Shown piece after piece: positions 25,692-31,144 of a stretch of 31,144 nt of DNA. Each line of letters opens with the position of its first letter. Positions within the stretch are counted from its first letter, which is position 1. Source of the stretch: a virus (taxonomy: Duplodnaviria > Caudoviricetes); IMG/VR virus record IMGVR_UViG_3300037631_000018, positions 1-31,144 of that record; one strand, written 5' to 3'. A program made the translations under genes and the position numbers. Under the pieces are notes generated by a model. That model saw nothing but the letters and a program-made list of their open reading frames with translations, had not been told where the DNA came from and did not search any database.

Positions 25692-25978
25692 TACCATTTT
25701 ACCTTATGCGACCAATAGCGCGCAGATAGTTTACTGGGGCTGGAGTCCTGAGCATTGTGTCGCGCGTAGTAGCTTTTCTTTCGCGCTTTATCCTTTGCTG
25801 TCTTAGGATTTTTCCCTGCACCTTTAACGCCCTGCTGACCAAAACGAATTGTCTTGATCTTATCACCCTGCTTCGCAACTACAACATGCGATTTAGTGGG
25901 ATGGCTGGGCGTTCTCTTCGGTTTGTTGAACCCGCTTACGCCCGCGCGTGCTAGTCTTGGGTCTTTCTTTGCTGGCAT
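25691..25978 (-). CDS. Small very basic protein (IRFGQQG...SYYARH...SARYWS..VKW)
   Basis: 95 aa, GGAGG SD, TAATG coupling with the portal stop. Confidence 0.82.
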   Translation of the reverse strand: MPAKKDPRLARAGVSGFNKPKRTPSHPTKSHVVVAKQGDKIKTIRFGQQGVKGAGKNPKTAKDKARKKSYYARHNAQDSSPSKLSARYWSHKVKW

Positions 25979-28014
25979 TACTGAATTCCTCCAGTTGGCG
26001 TTCCAAGAGGTCTAGGCGCTCCCATTGGTGGTTGAACTCTTGGTTGACTCTCTGTAGGAGTAAGCGCAGTTCGTGGTCCGTTAACATTGTTTTTTCCTTC
26101 TATTTGCTTTTCTTTAAGGAGAGTTTCAGCCACTTTCATACGGCGTTCAAACTCTTTGTCTTCGGCGTCACCTTCTTTGAGGTTTCGGGTAACAGCGTTA
26201 ATACGGTCGATCTCAAGCTCCTGTGGAACTGCTTGCGCTTCTGCTGTAAGCTTTTGCGCTCTTGCCTGAGACTCTTGAGCCTGAGCAGACAACGCAGCTG
26301 TTTGGGACTGTTGGAACTGCATTTGTACCTGTTGTGCTTGTTGTTGCATTTGTTGTGCTTGTGGGTTAGGCTGCATTGCTTTTTGCATTGCCGCTAACAA
26401 CTCTTCACGGTTAGACAAATTCATGTTGTCAATAATGCTTTGAATTAATGTGTTGTACAATGGAGAGTCTTTTTGCATAGTCTGTAGTAGTTGTACAAGC
26501 TGAGTAACTTCGTACTCTCTAGCAATAATACCCAGCGTTGAGCTTGCGTTAAATTTATAGTCTGCTACAGGGTACGACTCAGGATCAAACTGCATGTACC
26601 GATGTGCAGCCTTTTTAACAAACGGCAACAAGAAAGACTGTTGGAAGTTAATTAATGTGCGCTTGTGGCGTTTAATAATAGCGCCAAGAGACATACTAAT
26701 ACCAGCAGCAGTAGCCTCACCGTTAACTTGACCTGCAATTCCTGCTGAGTCAACGGCTCCTGTTGCTTGCTGTACCATTTGTTGCAGTGCTCCGGCTTGA
26801 GCAAACGTAATTTGATTGACTTGACCAAAGTTGAAAGGCTGAAGTACTTCACGAGGATCTCCGTTGGTTAAGATCATTTTACCGGGACGTACTTCTGGTT
26901 TAGCACCTCGTGGAAGCCTAGTTGCGTCAATAGCCATCATAGGATGAATTGTAAGGCTTAAGGCGTCAATTCTAGCTCGTAACTCAGTGTCCAAAGCTTT
27001 TTGACTGTTGTATCCTTTTTCGCAAACACCACGACCCCAGAAGCGTCCGGGAACCACGTCCCAAGGAAAAGCAACTACAGGGCGATCTTGCATCATGTAA
27101 GGGTTAACTTCGGCCTTCAAAAGAATACCACCGTTAGCAATTACTACAACGGCTTCTACGTAACGAGAGCCTGAGTCTTCTTCTTCTGGTACTTCTTCTT
27201 CTTCGTCTTCTTCGCTTAAGGACGAATTAAGAAGCTCTCGTGGTACCAAACCGTAGTACTTAGTAAGCCTTACTTTATCGTCATTGTAAATTGTAATGTC
27301 TTGGTCTGGTTCAAGATCAGTATCAGGAGCAGCAGGACCAACATAAACGTCGTTGTACACGCCTTGTTCCTGCAAAAGCTCTACTTGGTGCATACTGACA
27401 AACTCGTCAATAGCGACGCCCATAGCGTCTTCTACAGATGTTGCTACGGGGTCAATAAGAAAGTTTTGAGGTAGTACAGGTTTAAGCTTTACTTTTACTC
27501 TATCAGTAATGTTTACTCCTACTGCTTGTAAATCTCCGTCCATAATGGGCTGAGTAGCAGGAGCCATTTCTTTCATTTCTTCGATAACAATTTCACCAAT
27601 GCCTGTACCAAAGACTGCAGCATTAATTAAGCATTCTGCTACTGCTTTACGAACCATGCAGTTTTCAAAGTCTTCCGTTAGTTTGTTACGCAGGAACTGC
27701 ACGTCTTGTTTTTCTGTATCGCCAAAGTTGTCACTTACGTCAAACCACTTACCACGTCCAAACGTAGCTTCTTCTAGTTCCGCTACATTAGACTCAACTG
27801 CCTGTTGAAGTGCAGGAGAAATAATACGGGAACGCTCAGACCTACGCTCACTGTCAGCAGGGTCCCAAATGCCACGCCATAATCTATAATATTCTTCAAA
27901 TCTTGCTTCATAATTTGACTCGTAATAGTCCCTCCAGTCTTCGCACTTAGTTATAACCCAGTCTTCAATTGTTTCTTCAACCATAAGTGGGTCTTGTTCA
28001 TATAAATCAGTCAT
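25978..28014 (-). CDS. Portal protein
   Basis: 678 aa directly after TerL; FGTGIG, NFLIDP.A, PGRFWGRGV.E, TA.GISM motifs; Q-rich C-terminal coiled coil (P22-like barrel). Confidence 0.9.
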   Translation of the reverse strand: MTDLYEQDPLMVEETIEDWVITKCEDWRDYYESNYEARFEEYYRLWRGIWDPADSERRSERSRIISPALQQAVESNVAELEEATFGRGKWFDVSDNFGDTEKQDVQFLRNKLTEDFENCMVRKAVAECLINAAVFGTGIGEIVIEEMKEMAPATQPIMDGDLQAVGVNITDRVKVKLKPVLPQNFLIDPVATSVEDAMGVAIDEFVSMHQVELLQEQGVYNDVYVGPAAPDTDLEPDQDITIYNDDKVRLTKYYGLVPRELLNSSLSEEDEEEEVPEEEDSGSRYVEAVVVIANGGILLKAEVNPYMMQDRPVVAFPWDVVPGRFWGRGVCEKGYNSQKALDTELRARIDALSLTIHPMMAIDATRLPRGAKPEVRPGKMILTNGDPREVLQPFNFGQVNQITFAQAGALQQMVQQATGAVDSAGIAGQVNGEATAAGISMSLGAIIKRHKRTLINFQQSFLLPFVKKAAHRYMQFDPESYPVADYKFNASSTLGIIAREYEVTQLVQLLQTMQKDSPLYNTLIQSIIDNMNLSNREELLAAMQKAMQPNPQAQQMQQQAQQVQMQFQQSQTAALSAQAQESQARAQKLTAEAQAVPQELEIDRINAVTRNLKEGDAEDKEFERRMKVAETLLKEKQIEGKNNVNGPRTALTPTESQPRVQPPMGAPRPLGTPTGGIQ

Positions 28015-28015
28015 A

Positions 28016-29266
28016 TTAGTATCCTGCTACCACGTCTAAAATATCATGGTCTTCAATTTCGTAGTCGTAGTCGTACGCTACGTTAGCCAGTTGGTCAATG
28101 TACGCCAAGGCGTCCACCAAGTCGTCATGGGTCAAAGGGTCAGGAAACTGGAAGAGTTGGTCTAGGAATCTAGAGTTCCACTCTCCTTTGTTCAGCGTAA
28201 TGTACCCATTTTCAAAGCGTCCTTGTAACGCCCACATTACTCTGTCTGTTTTCTTTTTGTTACCGTGAGTTAATTCTTCTACTCTAAAGAACATGCCGTA
28301 GCGTTTCTGCATGTCCATTAACGGAGACATTACGGCTTGTTTAGCAATACCTCTTTCAATTCCAACCGACACGGGACGGTAATCTCTAACGGCCTGAAAT
28401 ATCTTAGCTGCTGTTTCGTCAAGTGACCATCTACCGTATATGATATTGTCAACATACCAACCATGCTCATTGACCTTAACCACGGCAATCGCTGTGTCGT
28501 CAAGTTTGGAATTTTTAGTTTTCTTTTTGTTGACTTCCTCAAAGCCTGCCAAGTCAACGGCAATGTAATAATCTCCTACTTCTGGCTCAGACTCACTAAC
28601 TTTAACCCAGTCTTCCTTAAACATCTCTGAACCACGGGCTTCAAACGACGCCATAAATTCTTGACGAAACGCATAAGAAGACATACTGCGTTTAGCAACA
28701 TCAATTTCGTCCGGGTCCAATAGTGGATTGTCATAAGAAGTAAAGTGCCAAGCTTTGTACGTCGGATCATTGTCTAGTTCTGCATACTTATAAAGTTCAT
28801 AAAAATGGTTGCGACCCATAGGTGTCCCTATGAACATTGCACATCCCTTTTGGTCTGCCAAGGCGGGTCTCAAAATTTGCTCAAACACCTCTGGCTTCAT
28901 GTCAGCGTACTCGTCCATTACTAGGAATTTGAGGCTGACACCTCGCATGGTTTCTGGTCTATCGGCTCCCTTGAGACTGATAGTGGCTCCGTTAATAAGC
29001 TTAATTTGAAGATTATTAACATGACTACCACTGATAACTTCATGCCCGAGATCGAGAAGGGTGGTCCACATGATGTCTCTGGCTTGTCCCTGAGTAGGTG
29101 CGACGTAAAATACATGTCCTCTGTCCGCCTGTAGTGCATTTACAATTAACAACCACGCTGCTAACCTAGACTTACCTGTACGTCGCCCAGCAGCTACTAT
29201 TTTAAATCTTGTGTCGTCTGCCCAGACATCTTGTTGCCAAGGCAGTAGCTCTATATTAAGATCCAT
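28016..29266 (-). CDS. terL: Terminase large subunit
   Basis: L.PWQ, Walker A AGRRTGKS, YVAPT..QA, Walker B FLVMDE, IGTP.G.NHFY, nuclease AVDLAG and HDDLVDA. Confidence 0.96.
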   Translation of the reverse strand: MDLNIELLPWQQDVWADDTRFKIVAAGRRTGKSRLAAWLLIVNALQADRGHVFYVAPTQGQARDIMWTTLLDLGHEVISGSHVNNLQIKLINGATISLKGADRPETMRGVSLKFLVMDEYADMKPEVFEQILRPALADQKGCAMFIGTPMGRNHFYELYKYAELDNDPTYKAWHFTSYDNPLLDPDEIDVAKRSMSSYAFRQEFMASFEARGSEMFKEDWVKVSESEPEVGDYYIAVDLAGFEEVNKKKTKNSKLDDTAIAVVKVNEHGWYVDNIIYGRWSLDETAAKIFQAVRDYRPVSVGIERGIAKQAVMSPLMDMQKRYGMFFRVEELTHGNKKKTDRVMWALQGRFENGYITLNKGEWNSRFLDQLFQFPDPLTHDDLVDALAYIDQLANVAYDYDYEIEDHDILDVVAGY

Positions 29267-29609
29267 TAAAGTTATTAAACACCGCTGGTGCTTCTAATAA
29301 ATCAAACGTAACCACTACTTCTACGTTGCCTGAGCCACTCGTAGAGGCTTTAATAATGTCTCCCGGCTGCAAAACAAATGTTGCATTACCATCAATCATT
29401 AAATGTTCTTTTGAGGATACGTTAGTTCCGTTGTAAATATATACGTCGGGCGTTGGGCTAGGCTTATCTACAAACAATGTAATGCTATTGGTTGAGTTAT
29501 GCAGGTTGGAAATAAACGCCATGCTCCAATGAGCCACATATCCGGCGGGTATTTCTACAATTGTTTGCGTAGACGTGTCCGTTAGATTTTTGTTCTTGGT
29601 ATATAACAT
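29256..29609 (-). CDS. Hypothetical beta-rich protein (possible minor virion protein)
   Basis: Likely start ATG 29609 (TAATG coupling); VLQPGD.I.A pattern. Confidence 0.65.
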   Translation of the reverse strand: MLYTKNKNLTDTSTQTIVEIPAGYVAHWSMAFISNLHNSTNSITLFVDKPSPTPDVYIYNGTNVSSKEHLMIDGNATFVLQPGDIIKASTSGSGNVEVVVTFDLLEAPAVFNNFNGS

Positions 29610-29959
29610 TAGTATGTCCACATAACTGGAGTTGTGCCACGGGTGTCAACGTGGACAAAGTCAGAAGCAACACCTATGCCTGTAAATCCAAGTTCAAGAG
29701 CAGCATGGACAACCTTAAGGCGATCAGCGGCACTTGTTATTTTTATGTCTGCCGCTATGCCTTGGGCATGAGTACCGGGAACATCTTTTTTTCTTTCTAT
29801 TGGATGCATCGTAGGATGTCTGTACCCGCTAGTAATAACAAAAGGAAATCCACAGTACGCCCGTAAGTGGTCTAACTTCTCTAGGAACTCTTGTTCCATA
29901 TTGTTTGTTCCGGAGACTTGACAGTCAAACTCTTCTCGCGTGAAGTGCTTAAGACTCAT
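29609..29959 (-). CDS. Peptidase M15A-type Zn peptidase, probable endolysin
   Basis: F...EF.C, P..ITSGYR, H..GIAADI, GF.GIG....FVHVDTR (H-x6-D...H Zn ligands). Confidence 0.9.
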   Translation of the reverse strand: MSLKHFTREEFDCQVSGTNNMEQEFLEKLDHLRAYCGFPFVITSGYRHPTMHPIERKKDVPGTHAQGIAADIKITSAADRLKVVHAALELGFTGIGVASDFVHVDTRGTTPVMWTY

Positions 29960-30332
29960 CTACTACTTCTCCTTCAATTATTTGAGGGGTTGTAACTTCA
30001 GCTGCACCAACGCCACTAATGTTAATCTGAATAGCGTTTCTACCACCGTCTTTAACTACTTCTTTTTCAAAAGCACCCACTGGTAGTATACGGTCCATCA
30101 CAAGTTTCCAAGCAGCGGCTTGATTCTTATGGTCATGGTCCAAAGCAGCATCAAAAATTGTCTCTAGGACTTTACGAGACTTGGGACTAGCTAACATCCT
30201 AGCCTTGTACTCGTTAATTATCGCTGCGTCACCCTTGGGTCGGCCAACTTGACCCTTGTTTCCGGGTTTTACAGCGGCTACTTCGGACTTCCGGGGTCTG
30301 CCACGACCTCTTTTTTTAACTTCAGTGGTCAT
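29949..30332 (-). CDS. terS: Probable terminase small subunit
   Basis: First late gene; basic RGRPRK and GRPKG motifs, helical middle with AWKLVMDR, C-terminal IQINI strand. Confidence 0.65.
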   Translation of the reverse strand: MTTEVKKRGRGRPRKSEVAAVKPGNKGQVGRPKGDAAIINEYKARMLASPKSRKVLETIFDAALDHDHKNQAAAWKLVMDRILPVGAFEKEVVKDGGRNAIQINISGVGAAEVTTPQIIEGEVVDES

Positions 30333-30360
30333 AACTAAAATTATCCCTGTTTATGCCAAT

Positions 30361-30389
30361 AGTATAACATAAGTTTACACGAAAGTCAA
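30361..30389 (-). promoter_or_regulatory. Sigma70 promoter for the terminase/structural arm
   Basis: TTGACT-17 bp-TATACT with TGn extension, about 30 bp upstream of terS. Confidence 0.85.
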
Positions 30390-30432
30390 GCTATTTTAAG
30401 GGTAAAAGCAGTAGAAGTACAAACACGAGTAA

Positions 30433-30445
30433 AATCAATAGGTTA
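30433..30445 (+). promoter_or_regulatory. IHF-binding consensus
   Basis: AATCAATAGGTTA is an exact match to WATCAANNNNTTR, in AT-rich DNA. Confidence 0.55.
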
Positions 30446-30595
30446 CACGGGTTTAATTTATGGGTAATTTTCCTAATTTTGACCTATTTTGTGTCTAAGG
30501 GGCTACTACAAAAGTACAACAGCTGTCAACCCCTCCCCCGCCCCATAAGTTTTCTAGGGTTTGACACGGGTTGCGCCTTATGTTAGGCCTTAGAG

Positions 30596-30700
30596 TTGGC
30601 ATGGTTCTTGCATGGGTTGACACACGGGGCCAACTGTAGTAGCAACCAGAGTTGGCACAGTATTTGCATGGGTAAAACTGGCATGGTGTTTGCATGGGTT
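30596..30700 (+). promoter_or_regulatory. Three tandem sigma54 (-24/-12)-like motifs
   Basis: TTGGCATGGTTCTTGCAT (30596), TTGGCACAGTATTTGCAT (30652), CTGGCATGGTGTTTGCAT (30678); all are GG-N10-GC and all are followed by GGGT. Confidence 0.65.
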
Positions 30701-30827
30701 GACAAGTGTGTGGGCTTATGTTGGACCCTATAGCCCTACCTTTGGTGCTACCTTTATATCACGCGTATGCGCGACTAGCATACAACACGGGTTGTGGTCA
30801 ATAGTTCAAACGTGTGAAATATTTACG

Positions 30828-30855
30828 TTTACATCCGCTGTGGTTCCTGTACCAT
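30828..30855 (+). promoter_or_regulatory. Candidate sigma70 early promoter
   Basis: TTTACA-16 bp-TACCAT, about 45 bp upstream of ATG 30899, with an AGGAGG SD between. Confidence 0.5.
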
Positions 30856-30898
30856 GGCTACATCAAGTCAACACACGAGCCACAGGAGGGCTTAAGAC

Positions 30899-31138
30899 AT
30901 GCAACTACGACAACTAGGTAGCAACAAGACAGAGGTAGAATTCACAGACGGAACCACTGTGTTCTTCAGCTACGAGACACCGGTAGCACTACAGACGGCA
31001 GAGGGTGACTACTTCCGCACAGAGGACTTCTGGAGCGTCACCACGTCGAAACATATCAACCAGTGGCTGAAGTCCAGAGGTGCGGACTACTGCGACACAC
31101 TGACACAGGACAGCATCAACGCGAGGGCTACAGTATGA
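30899..31138 (+). CDS. Small early protein of unknown function (FSY.TPVA...S.TTSKHIN.W family)
   Basis: AGGAGG SD; motif familiar from phage early regions; ATGA overlap with a next ORF cut by the window end. Confidence 0.82.
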   Translation: MQLRQLGSNKTEVEFTDGTTVFFSYETPVALQTAEGDYFRTEDFWSVTTSKHINQWLKSRGADYCDTLTQDSINARATV

Positions 31139-31144
31139 AATTAT

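Noticed and set aside
149-29866. Numerous 60-150 aa antisense or alternate-frame ORFs in the track (e.g. 8239-8694, 22144-22476, 25948-26397)
   Set aside because: Nested in well-supported genes; explained by codon bias and repeats; no independent start signals.
30808-30830. CRP-like site / inverted repeat AAACGT...ACGTTT overlapping the early promoter
   Set aside because: Only one TGTGA half-site matches, and a 6-bp inverted repeat is too weak to call.
30495-30917. ORFs 30495-30695 (-) and 30690-30917 (+)
   Set aside because: No SD, atypical composition, and they overlap the regulatory repeat array.
1-31144. tRNA/rRNA genes, integrase, introns/inteins, T7-type RNAP promoters, genetic-code reassignment
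   Set aside because: None recognisable by eye; genes tile without gaps under the standard code, and polA, nrdJ and terL show no insertions. A covariance-model scan was not run.

Overview
This window is most of the genome of a lytic, podovirus-type dsDNA tailed phage, with no RNA polymerase gene in the window and a probable marine/aquatic proteobacterial host (inference). It has two arms. The + arm (1-6635) is a T7-like replication module: 5'-truncated primase-helicase, family A DNA polymerase (Tyr762 type), PD-(D/E)XK nuclease, endonuclease I-like resolvase, DUF3310-type protein and a class II (B12-dependent) ribonucleotide reductase. The - arm (6632-30332) is the morphogenesis module: TerS, M15 peptidase, TerL, portal, a cluster of small very basic proteins, scaffold, major capsid, tail fibres, membrane proteins, a huge acidic low-complexity protein, tail tube proteins and four internal/ejection-type proteins. 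A ~570-bp non-coding region (30333-30898) separates TerS from the first early gene. It holds three tandem sigma54 (-24/-12)-like motifs, several TTGACA boxes with atypical -10 elements, a perfect IHF consensus and seven co-oriented ACACG boxes, and is the most unusual element seen. Other notable items are the basic-protein cluster (with an ORF missing from the track and a nested in-frame start), near-identical in-frame DNA repeats bounding tail-fibre modules, and a GGA-loop hairpin at a ribosome-binding site. All family assignments come from motif recognition by eye; no searches were run.
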